A stretch of DNA of 64,000 nucleotides from the NCBI GenBank assembly GCA_965216325.1, contig OZ244160.1:2560001-2624000 (forward strand). The letters run 5' to 3'. This DNA comes from Coraliomargarita sp. (lineage in GTDB: Bacteria; Verrucomicrobiota; Verrucomicrobiia; Opitutales; Coraliomargaritaceae). The notes beneath the pieces are model-generated. The model did no database searches. It was not told the origin of the DNA and worked only from the letters and a program-made list of their open reading frames with translations. A program made the translations under genes and the position numbers. Below, one piece after another: positions 1 through 15,776 of this stretch (positions are counted from its first letter, which is position 1; each line of letters starts with the position of its first letter).

Positions 1-102
1 CTGACCTTCAGTGACGTAGTCGCCGTCGTTTACGTGCCAAGCGGCAAGGATGCCACTGCTGATGGATTCGCCCATCGCGGGAATTGATACTTCGGTAGCC
101 AT
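1..102 (-). CDS. sucB: 2-oxoglutarate dehydrogenase E2 (dihydrolipoamide succinyltransferase), 5' part only; runs off the window edge
   Basis: Manual translation from ATG at 102 gives [34 protein letters not shown], a lipoyl-domain start; lies directly downstream of sucA. Confidence 0.88.
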   Translation of the reverse strand, partial: MATEVSIPAMGESISSGILAAWHVNDGDYVTEGQ

Positions 103-156
103 TTTAGGTGTGAGAAGGTTTGAAGGTTAAAAAGTGTGAAGGTTTTTGTGTAGTGA

Positions 157-2895
<2,739 letters not shown>

Positions 2896-3080
2896 GTCAG
2901 GAGAGTGTGTAGCAAAGTCGTGAAGCTAGGCTTTTGTTATTAGAAATACAAATATAGTGTGTCCGATCATGAGGGTTATTCGATTTTCTTATTCTGCGAC
3001 GATGTTGCGCGACGGAATGAATCTTGATATCAAGGTGCATATGGCTTGTGTTTTATGCTTAAGTGTTGATTGCTAGGGGG

Positions 3081-3293
3081 ATGGATAAGGAATTGTTACG
3101 CTTGGATTTAGAGCGAATTACCCAAAAACGCGCGTTGAAAGAAGGCGAATCGCTTGTCGATGTGCTCAAGCGACTGGACGAATTGGCGCGAACGTCTGCA
3201 ATTCCGGACCGTCTGGAGCACTATTTGAGCAAGCGTAGCTACGAAAAAGCTTTGGCATGGCTGGATGACCCAGATCAGCCGCACCAGATCTAG
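3081..3293 (+). CDS. Small hypothetical protein
   Basis: ATG at 3081 after GGGG; ~70 aa predicted helical protein (RLEHYLSKRSYEKAL). Confidence 0.6.
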   Translation: MDKELLRLDLERITQKRALKEGESLVDVLKRLDELARTSAIPDRLEHYLSKRSYEKALAWLDDPDQPHQI

Positions 3294-3761
3294 CTGTGAT
3301 TTGCTTTAGTGTGTCAGCTGAAGTGGTCGTGGCTGATTTATCTGCAGCACTTTGGGGTCTTAGGTGCTGTCTGTCGGTGCCTGTTTAGGCGAATACGTAT
3401 GTCACCTTCTGGGCTTTCGTTAGCAGTGATGCGTATCGATGAGCTTGAAGTCGTCTTTAGTTTCGTGCGGGAAACGGGGGATGTATTATGCTCTCTTGTT
3501 TGGTAGACTGAGAGTTGTGTGTAGGTTGGCTCCTCAGGTAGGGGAAGGGCAGCGCTCGTTTGGGCCTCAATGATATACTTTTCTGTGTCTGCGATGACGC
3601 CTAGGGGAGTGCTGCATCGGTTGATGAATTCGCAAGTGGACGCTGGAATTGTTTGGCACGCTTCTACTGTTGGTGAGTTTTCTGACGTGTTTGTGGTTTC
3701 TTGTTCTTTTGGGCGGACGCTTTAGGGTAGAGCTTTTGGGGTTGAGCTAGCGTTTAGGGGC

Positions 3762-5015
3762 TTAGTCTACGCCGATTTCGTTGGCGAGCGCGGTGCGTAG
3801 ATCGGCTTCGAGTTTGGCAGTTTTTACCCATTCGAGGGCTTGGACGGGTTGGCTCCGCGCCCAGTATTGAATAGAGTTTTCCAATGCGGAGACACGAGCG
3901 TCGGGGTTGCTGAGTGTATTGACCCACTCGGCAACCGCCTCGGGTTCGTAGTCGATCATGGTTTCGGCAAAGCCTGCAATCGCGGCGTCGCGTCTTGGTC
4001 CGTCGTTTTGTTGGCTGAGCCATTCGGAGGCTGCGACCGAGTCGCTCTTCGTCCATTCCTCCATAACAATTTGCGTGCTAACCGGTTGCTTCAGGGGGTC
4101 ATCGGTCGCTTGAAAAGCTAGCCAATTCATGGTTTCCGTTGGGTTGTGCTGGGTGCGGGTTTGGAGGTAAGCTTCGATGGCCTCAGGTGTGTCGATACTG
4201 GTTTGTATATCGCGCAGGTAGCTGGCGCTGCCCTCTGGATCGATTTCGGCGAAGTTGCGGATACTTTCTATGAAGAGTTCGCGGGTGCCCTGATAGGTGG
4301 ATTCTTTGAAGGCCCAATCGGCTACGGCCTCGGGGCTCTGGGCGAGGGCAGCATTCACGAACTCAGACGCGGCGGTGCTGCGAATTGTGCCGGGGGGGAG
4401 TTCTTCAACCCACTTGCGTGCAGCCACTGGGTTGGTCGCGGCCCAGCTACTCACCAGTGCGCGGGCGGCGGTGGCTTTGCTGCCGTCGTTGGCCATGCCC
4501 TCGATCCATAAGGCAGCATTGTCCGGGTCTTGCTGTGCCCAGAGGGTCATACCACTTTCGATGGTGGCGTGTCGTGCCAGACCTTGGGCATTGCTCTCGA
4601 GCCAAAGCAGGGTGCCTTCGGAGTCTTTGGCGGCCCAGACTGCGACGATTTCGAGCATGCCGCGCAGGCGGTCCTGACTCATTGACTGCACTTGGAGCCA
4701 AGCCATTGCGGCTACGGGATCGGCGGCAGCGCGCTCGCGTGCCTCAGCGATAAAGGGATCTTCAGGAATTGTGATGCCCACATGGGCTTCGACAAGTTCG
4801 TCGGGGATGATGACTTCGCGTTGGCGGCGATTGTCGATGGGCTCTTCGACGGCTTCGGGCTCTTCCATTGGCTTGAGCTGGCCGTCGCGCACGAGTTGCC
4901 ACGCTTTTTGAAAGTCCTGCCAGCCTTGCATTATTTTGTCCTGATAGGGGCGCAGCGCTAGCACACTCAGTCCGAGGATGACGAGCAGGTAGAGAGCTTG
5001 GTGGCTGCGTTTCAT
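3762..5015 (-). CDS. Membrane-anchored alpha-helical repeat protein of unknown function
   Basis: N-terminal hydrophobic segment followed by repeated W-A-x-x-D/N-P-x-x-A-x-x-W units. Confidence 0.75.
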   Translation of the reverse strand: MKRSHQALYLLVILGLSVLALRPYQDKIMQGWQDFQKAWQLVRDGQLKPMEEPEAVEEPIDNRRQREVIIPDELVEAHVGITIPEDPFIAEARERAAADPVAAMAWLQVQSMSQDRLRGMLEIVAVWAAKDSEGTLLWLESNAQGLARHATIESGMTLWAQQDPDNAALWIEGMANDGSKATAARALVSSWAATNPVAARKWVEELPPGTIRSTAASEFVNAALAQSPEAVADWAFKESTYQGTRELFIESIRNFAEIDPEGSASYLRDIQTSIDTPEAIEAYLQTRTQHNPTETMNWLAFQATDDPLKQPVSTQIVMEEWTKSDSVAASEWLSQQNDGPRRDAAIAGFAETMIDYEPEAVAEWVNTLSNPDARVSALENSIQYWARSQPVQALEWVKTAKLEADLRTALANEIGVD

Positions 5016-5107
5016 TGCTGAAAGTTAGAGTGAATGGAAAGTGGAGGGAAACGCTCTGTCGTTTCCACATTTATGTCGGATGGCAACGACGGAGCGTTGC
5101 CATCCAG

Positions 5108-5905
5108 TTAACTCAAATTAAAGAAAGCTTTGGTGTTTGCGGTGACTTGGGCTGCGAGTTCCTCCTCGCTGACGGCAAGGGCGTCGGCACAGCGGCGGGC
5201 GATGTCGGCGACGAAGGCCGGCTCGTTGGGTTTGCCGCGATGCGGTTCGGGCGTGAGGTAGGGACAATCGGTTTCCAGCATCAGGCGCTCGATCCCTTGA
5301 CTGCGGAGTGCCTCGCGGATCTCGGGTGCATTCTTGTACGTGACGATGCCGGTAAAGGAGCCGCGGCCACCGCGCTCGTTGATTTTAGCGATTTCTTCGG
5401 GACCGTAGCTGAAGCAGTGAAAGACGATGCGCGACCAATCCACGCCGGATTCGTCTACCATGCGGAAGGTATCGTCGAACGCGTTGCGGCTATGAATGAT
5501 GATCGGCACGTCGAGTTCGCTGGCGATGGAGAGCTGCTGGCGGAAGGCGGCTTCTTGATGGAGCATGAGTTCGCCGGCTTCGACGGGATCCTTGGGTAGG
5601 TGAAAATAGTCGAGGCCTATTTCACCGAGTGCAATCGGTGTATTGGGCGGCATGAAGAAAGTGGAGAGTTGTGCGACGGCATCGTTCCACTCGGTGTCGA
5701 CGTAGCAGGGATGCAGGCCGACGGTGTAGTCGATCTTGTCGGGGTGGGCGGCACTCATTTCGCGATAGGGCACCCAGTCTTTGAGGCCGGTGCCTACGGT
5801 GATGAAGCGCTGCACGCCTGCAGCTGCGGCACGCTCAAGCACGGGCTCGAGTTCGCCCTTGGTTTTGTAGCCGAGTAGGTGACAGTGGCTGTCGATCAAT
5901 TCCAT
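5108..5905 (-). CDS. tatD: TatD family metal-dependent DNase/hydrolase
   Basis: IDSHCHL, GLHP, GEIGLDY, IIHSR, FHCF and [12 protein letters not shown] motifs. Confidence 0.92.
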   Translation of the reverse strand: MELIDSHCHLLGYKTKGELEPVLERAAAAGVQRFITVGTGLKDWVPYREMSAAHPDKIDYTVGLHPCYVDTEWNDAVAQLSTFFMPPNTPIALGEIGLDYFHLPKDPVEAGELMLHQEAAFRQQLSIASELDVPIIIHSRNAFDDTFRMVDESGVDWSRIVFHCFSYGPEEIAKINERGGRGSFTGIVTYKNAPEIREALRSQGIERLMLETDCPYLTPEPHRGKPNEPAFVADIARRCADALAVSEEELAAQVTANTKAFFNLS

Positions 5906-5973
5906 ATGCAAGCAACTAGGTGAATTCTGTTTCAGGGGGAAGGCAAAACCTGCGCTGGGTTGCGCGCAGTATT

Positions 5974-6074
5974 CATAATCGTAATCTTGCTCTTAATCCT
6001 AATCTCAACGGTTCTACGGCGTCAGAATATCAATAAATCGGAGATTAGGATTGCGATTATGGGTAGATTAAGAG
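5974..6074. repeat. Degenerate 6-bp-period (TAATCN) inverted repeat
   Basis: cataatcgtaatcttgctcttaatcctaatctc ... gagattaggattgcgattatg...gattaagag. Confidence 0.75.
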
Positions 6075-6196
6075 CCCGAAGTTCGTGTTCCAGTGACTCT
6101 GAATGATTCACACGAAAATTCTTGAGAATAAAAAGTGCCCCTCCATGTTCTGACAGCTTTAGCAAATACTACCACTCGAAGCTTAATTAGGATTTT

Positions 6197-7123
6197 ATGG
6201 AAGACGTCATCATTCTTGGAACCGGTTGTGCCGGACTTACTGCAGCAATTTACACTAGCCGTGCGCAGTTGAACCCGCTTGTTTTGGAGGGTTCACAGCC
6301 TGGCGGTCAGCTGACAACGACCTCGGAAGTGGAGAACTTTCCTGGCTTTCCAGAAGGTATCGACGGCTTCACCATGATGGATAATCTGCGCAAGCAGGCT
6401 GCGCGCTTCGGTGCGCGCTATGAGCACGCTAAGATCGACAAGGTCGAAATTGACGGTGATGTGAAGAAGCTTTACTCGGGGGACAAGGTCTTTGAAGCGA
6501 AGACTGTAATCGTCGCAACGGGTGCACGTCCGCGTTTGCTCGGCATTCCTGGGGAGCAGGAAATGTTCGGTGGCAAGGGTGTGACGACTTGTGCAACTTG
6601 TGATGGTGCCTTCTACCGCGACATGGAAGTGGTGGTTGTTGGCGGTGGTGACTCTGCTTGTGAAGAGGCGCTGTTCCTGACCCGTTTCTGCTCGAAGGTG
6701 ACCTTGATTCACCGTCGTGATGAGCTGCGTGCGTCGCAGATCATGGCAGACCGTGCAGTGAACCACGAGAAGATCGAAATGGCGTGGAACTCCTTGCCGC
6801 AGGAGATTCTTGCGGACGAGAAGGGCTTCACTCGTGCGATCCTTGTGAAGGATGCGATCACTGGCGAAGAGCGCGAGATCCCATGTAAGGGTGCGTTTAT
6901 CGCAATTGGCCACATCCCAAATACTGACTTCGTTGATGGCGTGCTAGATCGTGATGACGATGGCTACATCGTTCCGGAGGCAGGCAGCCAAGTGAAGACC
7001 AAATTCGAAGGCTTCTACGCTGCGGGCGACTGTGTTGACCACGTCTATCGTCAAGCGATCACTGCAGCTGGCATGGGTTGCCAAGCTGCGATCGAAGCGG
7101 AGCGTTGGCTCGCCGAACAGTAG
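6197..7123 (+). CDS. trxB: Thioredoxin-disulfide reductase
   Basis: [22 protein letters not shown] active site, GGGDSA and [12 protein letters not shown]. Confidence 0.97.
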   Translation: MEDVIILGTGCAGLTAAIYTSRAQLNPLVLEGSQPGGQLTTTSEVENFPGFPEGIDGFTMMDNLRKQAARFGARYEHAKIDKVEIDGDVKKLYSGDKVFEAKTVIVATGARPRLLGIPGEQEMFGGKGVTTCATCDGAFYRDMEVVVVGGGDSACEEALFLTRFCSKVTLIHRRDELRASQIMADRAVNHEKIEMAWNSLPQEILADEKGFTRAILVKDAITGEEREIPCKGAFIAIGHIPNTDFVDGVLDRDDDGYIVPEAGSQVKTKFEGFYAAGDCVDHVYRQAITAAGMGCQAAIEAERWLAEQ

Positions 7124-7209
7124 TTCGGGTGTGAGGGAATGAATGTTGAAAGTAGGAACGTCTTAGATTACCTTCACACTTTCATACATTTAACCTTCAT
7201 ACTTTCCCT

Positions 7210-7848
7210 ATGGATCTCTCGGACCGCAGAAAAGAATATACCAAGCACGCACTGACCCGGGCCGACTTGTTGGAGGACCCGATGGAGCAGTTCAAACTGT
7301 GGTTTGCTCAGGCGGAGGAACTGGAGTTGGACGAGCCCAATGCCATGTGCGTTGCTTCGGTGGGCGCTGGTGGGCAACCGTCGACACGGATCGTATTACT
7401 AAAAGGGATCTCTGAGGGCGGCTTTGTCTTTTATACCAATTATGAGAGTCGCAAGGCTTCTGAGCTGGAGGGGAACCCGAAGGTGGCTGCGAATTTCTTT
7501 TGGCTACCGTTGCAGCGTCAGGTCAATATTACCGGTCAGGTTGAGCGTGTGTCCAAGGCTGAGTCCTTGAAATATTTCTTAACACGCCCTCTGGGTAGTC
7601 GACTCGGTGCGTGGACCTCACCGCAAAGTAAGGTGATTACATCGCGCCAGATTCTAGAAGCGAAGTTGGAGCAGATGAAGCGTAAGTTTGCCGATGGCAA
7701 AGTGCCGCTGCCGGATGATTGGGGCGGCTATCGGATTGTGCCGGAAACCATTGAGTTTTGGCAAGGCGGTGCGAGCCGTTTGCATGACCGCTTCATGTAT
7801 TCTAAAAATGAAGCTGGCATTTGGGGTGCTGAGCGTTTGGCTCCATAA
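7210..7848 (+). CDS. pdxH: Pyridoxamine 5'-phosphate oxidase
   Basis: [21 protein letters not shown] and RLHDR motifs. Confidence 0.96.
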   Translation: MDLSDRRKEYTKHALTRADLLEDPMEQFKLWFAQAEELELDEPNAMCVASVGAGGQPSTRIVLLKGISEGGFVFYTNYESRKASELEGNPKVAANFFWLPLQRQVNITGQVERVSKAESLKYFLTRPLGSRLGAWTSPQSKVITSRQILEAKLEQMKRKFADGKVPLPDDWGGYRIVPETIEFWQGGASRLHDRFMYSKNEAGIWGAERLAP

Positions 7849-7854
7849 GCATCA

Positions 7855-8682
7855 ATGCGAGTAGACTGTCACATGCACACTCCTCTTTGCGGCCATGCTA
7901 ATGGCGCGCCGATTGAGTATGCCATGATGGCCTTAGAGCGTGAGATCGATCTGATTACCTTTACCTGTCACATTCCGATGGAGTGGGAGGCCTTTGGGCA
8001 GGAGGGAATTCGGATGCGGCTCGATCAGCTAGATGATTATCGCCGTATCATTGCGGACACTGCGAAGCGCGCTAAAGGCTTTGGCGTTGAAGTGCTTTGT
8101 GGAATCGAGGCGGAAGTCTTTCCTGACGAGGCGCAGATGGAGCCGATGGATAAGATCCTTGCGGACTACGAGTGGGATTTTGTGCTTGGTTCGTTACATG
8201 CGCAGTGCCCAAGCTATCGCATTTGGTTGAAGGACAATAAGGTCAAAACGGATGCGTTGGCGATCGATTGCTACTTTCGTCACTTGATCGATGGTGTGCA
8301 GAGTGGTCGCTATGATAGCATGTCGCATCCTGATGTGATCCGCACCTATGGCGTAGTGAGTGAGTTTAAACCTGAGGAGCACGAAGAAGTGATTCGTGAG
8401 TTTCTTCAAGCGATCGTCGCTCAGGACATCTGCATGGAGGTCAACACCAGTGGTCTGGATAAGGGGGCCTTTGAGGTGCATCCCGATCCGCTAATTCTCG
8501 ATTGGGCAAGTGAACTGGGAGTGAAACTCACTATTGGGTCGGATTCGCATAACCCGATCAAGGTGGGGCGCCACTTTGAAGTCATCCTCCCGCTCTTGCG
8601 CGAGAAGGGCTTTCAGGATTTGTATTATCATCGTGGCCGCCAGCGCATTCGTATTGATCTGCCTGAGGCAATTCTGGTGTAG
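7855..8682 (+). CDS. PHP-family histidinol-phosphatase (HisJ/HisK-like)
   Basis: [34 protein letters not shown] and GSDSH motifs. Confidence 0.85.
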   Translation: MRVDCHMHTPLCGHANGAPIEYAMMALEREIDLITFTCHIPMEWEAFGQEGIRMRLDQLDDYRRIIADTAKRAKGFGVEVLCGIEAEVFPDEAQMEPMDKILADYEWDFVLGSLHAQCPSYRIWLKDNKVKTDALAIDCYFRHLIDGVQSGRYDSMSHPDVIRTYGVVSEFKPEEHEEVIREFLQAIVAQDICMEVNTSGLDKGAFEVHPDPLILDWASELGVKLTIGSDSHNPIKVGRHFEVILPLLREKGFQDLYYHRGRQRIRIDLPEAILV

Positions 8683-8696
8683 ACCGCTTGCGCTTG

Positions 8697-9572
8697 CTAG
8701 GCGACTTCGATCAGCACCTTCTCGACCGGTGTATTGGTGATTCGCTTTAGAATCGCCTCTGCAAATTCGTATTGAGAGTACACGGTTGTGGCGAGTTGGC
8801 TCTGCGTTGCGGCGCAGATGTTCCAATCGCGGCTGCTGGAAAGGTTGCGTTGGTTGAGTGCGCAGGTAACTGCAGGCACACTGGGATTGAAGGCGATACT
8901 CTCGGCGCTGCGGCCGCCATAGGTTTTACCATCGGTGCAGGTAATCGCAAAGCCAGCGTAGGCTTCGCTGTAGGGGACGTAGCTGCGCTCGGCGGCGTTG
9001 ATTGCACGTTGATGGAGGTCGCCTTGGTCGGGGCGAACGCTGACGAGTTGCTTGCTGCTGCTGTCGAGGAGTCCGTGACCTGGCTTGCGCGATGCTCCAA
9101 ATGCGTTGGGGAGTAAGTCCTCTAATCCATAGGAGGCTCCGCCAAATTCGATGGCGAGTTGCTCGATCTCGGAGAGTTCATTGAGAAACTGGCGGCAGTG
9201 TCCACAGGGAGTTTCGGATACGAAGAGGCGCTCAATTGAGGGCTCACCATGCATCCATGCATTTAATATAGCGGACTGCTCGGCGTGAAGGCTTGCGGAC
9301 AGTGGTGCGCCGGAGAATTCCAGATTGGCTCCCAGGTAGATCCGTCCGGAGCTGCCGAGTGCCACGGCACCGACGTGAAAGCCAGAGACTGGTGTGTCGG
9401 CGAAGCATTTTGCTAGCTCCAGCAGTTGTGGTGCAAGTTGTTCAGGCGTGCATTCAGTGTTACGAAGGTAGCCGCAGAAATTCGGGCTCTTGAGCTCCTT
9501 TAGTAGTTGGGGACGCTCGGAAGCGTCTACGTTTGCCAGAGCGGTTTCGAGATCGTGCGAGTCGAGGGGCAT
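8697..9572 (-). CDS. cdd: Cytidine deaminase, two-domain (homodimeric) type
   Basis: GANLE, HAEQSA and PCGHCRQF Zn motif, followed by a second domain (SYVPYS). Confidence 0.9.
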   Translation of the reverse strand: MPLDSHDLETALANVDASERPQLLKELKSPNFCGYLRNTECTPEQLAPQLLELAKCFADTPVSGFHVGAVALGSSGRIYLGANLEFSGAPLSASLHAEQSAILNAWMHGEPSIERLFVSETPCGHCRQFLNELSEIEQLAIEFGGASYGLEDLLPNAFGASRKPGHGLLDSSSKQLVSVRPDQGDLHQRAINAAERSYVPYSEAYAGFAITCTDGKTYGGRSAESIAFNPSVPAVTCALNQRNLSSSRDWNICAATQSQLATTVYSQYEFAEAILKRITNTPVEKVLIEVA

Positions 9573-9590
9573 GGGTTTGTTGAGCGCCGT

Positions 9591-10037
9591 TTATTTAATG
9601 AAGCGGATCGTGAACGGATATTGGTAGTGGTTTCCGTCGCTGGCTTTGATCGCTGCAATCACAGTATATACAATGCTCAGTAGCATGATGACCGGAATCA
9701 GGAAGAATCCGATTACGATGAAGACCATGAGGAAGGCGGCGATCAGGTAAATGAGCACCGAGAGTTGAAAGTTGACGGCTTCTTTGCCGCAGTTGTCGAT
9801 GAAGGGGTGCTCTTCGCGCTTAAGCAGCCAGATGACTAGTGGGCCGAGAAAGCCCGGGATGCCGAGAAACTGAACCAGTGCGAGCAGATGGCAAAGCATG
9901 CCCATGGTGCGGGCGTTGGAATCGGTTTCGATCGCTGTGCTGCTGGTGTCTGATGCGTTGTCTGCGGGTATCGCAGGTGCGGGCGGTGGCGTCTGGCCAT
10001 ATTGACTATTTGGGTCGGGGCGAAGGTCGTCTGTCAT
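9591..10037 (-). CDS. DUF4870-like membrane protein
   Basis: MLCHL, GPLVIWLLK, GKEAVNFQLS and YQYPFTIRFIK pattern; about 3 TM segments. Confidence 0.85.
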   Translation of the reverse strand: MTDDLRPDPNSQYGQTPPPAPAIPADNASDTSSTAIETDSNARTMGMLCHLLALVQFLGIPGFLGPLVIWLLKREEHPFIDNCGKEAVNFQLSVLIYLIAAFLMVFIVIGFFLIPVIMLLSIVYTVIAAIKASDGNHYQYPFTIRFIK

Positions 10038-10140
10038 AATTGGCGGTGAAAGTTAACAATGGGCGTGAAACTAACAATAATGAACTGTCAGGGCGTTACA
10101 AATGTCACGCGTCTGTCGCATTTCAAGTGGTAGCGCCGAA

Positions 10141-10239
10141 CCTCAGTCTTAATCATAATCCTACTCTTAATCTTAATCCCCCTTTCAACCGCAGATTTAG
10201 ATTAAGAGTAGGATTATGATTCGGAGTAGAGGCCTGAGG
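10141..10239. repeat. TAATCN-period inverted repeat with perfect 23-bp arms
   Basis: 10151-10173 aatcataatcctactcttaatct is the exact reverse complement of 10199-10221; outer cctcag/ctgagg pair. Confidence 0.9.
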
Positions 10240-10406
10240 GATGGGGGAGAATCAAATTTCACGCACTTTTTGGTTTACCTGTAGGCAGTTTTTCCTACCG
10301 TCCGCGCTTCTCTCGAAATCATACCCGTGGGCATGTCCGTCTCAGGGGGCTAAATACGAAGCATTTAGGTGCGTTTTCGTTGGCTGAAAAAATGCAAGAA
10401 AAATAC

Positions 10407-10461
<55 letters not shown>

Positions 10462-10468
10462 AAATTTC

Positions 10469-10843
<375 letters not shown>

Positions 10844-10881
10844 GACATTCCTAAGTTATAATTTCTAAATTTTAGATTACT

Positions 10882-11357
<476 letters not shown>

Positions 11358-11407
11358 TTCTTCGCTTCATTCCCCTTTTTTGTTCTTTTCCAGTCGAATC
11401 GTTTTTA

Positions 11408-13546
<2,139 letters not shown>

Positions 13547-13648
13547 GAAACATCTCAAAAATAGTTCCGAGGAGCGCAGCGACGACAAGACCGAGCGCGA
13601 AGCGAATCGGACCAAGACACAATAACTTAACCAAACAAATATAATATC

Positions 13649-13957
13649 ATGAGTGCACCACGTATCCGCATCCGCCTTAAGGGCTTTGACTACCGCGTAA
13701 TCGACCAGTCTGCAGCAGACATCGTAGAAACAGCTAAGCGTTCCGGCGCTCGCGTTTCCGGTCCTGTTCCTATGCCGACTCGCATCGAAAAGTTCACAGT
13801 GAACCGTTCCGTTCACGTTAATAAGAAGGCTATGGAGCAGTTCGAAGTGCGCACACATAAGCGCCTCATCGACATCGTTGAGCCAACTGCAGCAACGGTT
13901 GACGAGCTCAAGAAGCTCAACCTCCCTGCAGGTGTTGACATCTCCATCAACGTCTAA
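13649..13957 (+). CDS. rpsJ: 30S ribosomal protein S10
   Basis: [17 protein letters not shown] and [11 protein letters not shown]. Confidence 0.99.
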   Translation: MSAPRIRIRLKGFDYRVIDQSAADIVETAKRSGARVSGPVPMPTRIEKFTVNRSVHVNKKAMEQFEVRTHKRLIDIVEPTAATVDELKKLNLPAGVDISINV

Positions 13958-13979
13958 TTCGGCGCTGATCTAGTTTTTT

Positions 13980-14013
13980 AAGCCCGTGGTGCACATGCGC
14001 CGCGGGCTTTTTT
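13980..14013 (+). terminator. Rho-independent terminator after rpsJ
   Basis: aagcccgtggtgca-ca-tgcgccgcgggctt hairpin followed by a T-run. Confidence 0.85.
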
Positions 14014-14028
14014 GTGAACGCTTAGCGC

Positions 14029-14052
14029 AATTTGCTGTCTTGACAGCAAATT
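14029..14052 (+). promoter_or_regulatory. Palindromic operator overlapping the -35 box of vapBC
   Basis: AATTTGCTGTC-TT-GACAGCAAATT with perfect 11-bp arms; TTGACA at 14040-14045. Confidence 0.7.
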
Positions 14053-14073
14053 AAATGCACTCAATATGTTTAT

Positions 14074-14325
14074 ATGCGCACGACAGTTACCATAGATGCG
14101 GACACGGAGCATTTGCTGAAAGCGGAAGCAGCTCGGACGGGGCGTTCGTTTAAGGTGGTGCTCAACGAGGCAATTCGCACGGCCTTGGCGAAGCCAACTT
14201 CCGAGCCAATTCAGGTGCACCCGGTCATGGATGCGCCGTTTCCGTCTGAGTTTGAAGCTGTCAGTATGAATCGGTTGGCTGACATTCTTGATGATGAAGA
14301 GACGCTGCGGGAATTGTCGCGATGA
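14074..14325 (+). CDS. vapB: VapB-like ribbon-helix-helix antitoxin
   Basis: MRTTVTID...SFKVVLNEAIR N-terminus; ATGA overlap with the downstream PIN toxin. Confidence 0.85.
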   Translation: MRTTVTIDADTEHLLKAEAARTGRSFKVVLNEAIRTALAKPTSEPIQVHPVMDAPFPSEFEAVSMNRLADILDDEETLRELSR

Positions 14326-14753
14326 TTCTTCCTGACATTAATCTTCTCCTGTATGCCTACAATCGGCAGGCACCGCAGCACGAGTTGGCGCGTGATTGGT
14401 GGGAATCGGTGCTTAATGGGCGCGAACTGATTGGAATCCCGCACGAGGTTGCGCTCGGATTTGTGCGTATTGCGACGAATCCACGCATGGGGGCGATGGC
14501 CATCTCCCTAGTAGACGCGAGCGCGGTCGTGACCTCGTGGGGGACTGCGTCGGTTTGTCGAACGTTGCTCCCCGAGGTGGATCATGTCGCGAAGGTTTTA
14601 AAGCTCTTGCAGCGTAGCGGTGCGAGCGGGCAGTTGACTTCGGATGCGTCGCTAGCGGTTTATGCAATGGATGCGCGGGCGACCCTTTGCTCCAATGATA
14701 CGGATTTCGCGCGGTTCCCAGGGTTGGTGTGGGAGAACCCGTTGTTAAAATAA
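14322..14753 (+). CDS. vapC: VapC family PIN-domain ribonuclease toxin
   Basis: ILPDINLLLYA, FVRIATNPR, DASLA, SNDTDFARFPGL and WENPL. Confidence 0.92.
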   Translation: MILPDINLLLYAYNRQAPQHELARDWWESVLNGRELIGIPHEVALGFVRIATNPRMGAMAISLVDASAVVTSWGTASVCRTLLPEVDHVAKVLKLLQRSGASGQLTSDASLAVYAMDARATLCSNDTDFARFPGLVWENPLLK

Positions 14754-15165
14754 CTCGTAGAGCTATGAAAAAAGCAATTTAGAGGCTCGCCCGTGTTGGC
14801 GTTGTAACTGAGACTGGTGTAGGGAGGTCTCGATCAAGGTCTCATCCGACGCAGATCTAGCTTTCTTGTGCCCTTGGTTGTTTTGTGTTCAAACCGCGTT
14901 AGCTTACGGTTGAACAATCTAACAAGGGAGGGCGGATGTTGTATCGAATTGTATGGGGGGGGGGGCTTGCGGATGATATGGATCTTGGGATCAAGTATCA
15001 GGCGCAGCGCGGCGACCCTACCTGAAATTGCTGAACGATCTTTTTTGGTGTTAAAATGTTCATTATATGTTTGAGTTTCTTGCAGAATGTATCAAGCTAG
15101 GAGCTGTTCCTGTCGTCGGAACAGATTCATCACTAAACGCTAATAATTGAACTGAAAGGACACTC

Positions 15166-15546
15166 ATGAATCAGACGATACTCAGTGGAAACCTCACCGC
15201 GGACATCGAATCGCGTCAGGTGGGCGAGCAACAACTCAGCAAGTTCACCCTTGCTTGTAATGAAGGAGATCGGGTGATCTTTATGCCCGTTGAGGCGTGG
15301 AACATGCCGCATTTGGAGCAATATCTAGCCAAAGGCTCCAAGGTGTTGGTGTCCGGAGGGCTGAAGCAGGACTCTTGGGAAACCGAGGGGGGAGCAAAGC
15401 GCAGTCGCATCGTGTTGACCGCGCATCGGGTTGAGTTTCTCGACCAAGCGCCGCACGGGCAGGGCCAGAGTCAGAGTGGCCCGCCCAGCACGCGAAAGAG
15501 AGGCCCGTCGAATCTTGCCAGACCGAAGCGTCGCTCGGTGGCTTAG
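15166..15546 (+). CDS. ssb: Single-stranded DNA-binding protein paralog with a basic C-terminus
   Basis: MNQTILSGNLTAD, FTLACN, VEAW and KGSKVLVSGGLKQDSWE OB-fold pattern; aagga SD-like sequence upstream. Confidence 0.85.
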   Translation: MNQTILSGNLTADIESRQVGEQQLSKFTLACNEGDRVIFMPVEAWNMPHLEQYLAKGSKVLVSGGLKQDSWETEGGAKRSRIVLTAHRVEFLDQAPHGQGQSQSGPPSTRKRGPSNLARPKRRSVA

Positions 15547-15569
15547 TTCGGCGAGAGTTTTAGGGTTTT

Positions 15570-15602
15570 AGTCCGCGTTGTGATCATGGCGCGGGCTTTT
15601 TC
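15570..15602 (+). terminator. Putative intrinsic terminator after ssb
   Basis: agtccgcgttgtg...catggcgcgggct followed by ttttt. Confidence 0.65.
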
Positions 15603-15776
15603 TACCCCGTTCGAGTGTGGGGCAGATTTGTAAAAAACTGCTTCCAGCGGTTGTTTTTAACCAGTGTGGGGGTTAGCTGAGTGTCAGTGCATTTATAGGT
15701 TGTTTTCGGCGTGTCTGCTGGAGATTATCGGAATGCAAATCGACTCTTCAAAACACTAAACTCTGCTAGACCTCTT

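Noticed and set aside
3337..3721. Stop-free frame of ~125 codons on the minus strand in a G/T-skewed intergenic region
   Set aside because: No start codon and no recognisable motif; the skewed composition alone makes stops rare
3750..3763. gcgtttAGGGGCTT, similar to the reconstructed IS110 target
   Set aside because: An 8-mer match is expected by chance in a 64-kb window read on both strands
5974..10239. Possible CRISPR array suggested by recurring repeats
   Set aside because: Repeats are short-period, inverted and dispersed; no regularly spaced direct repeats with unique spacers and no cas genes
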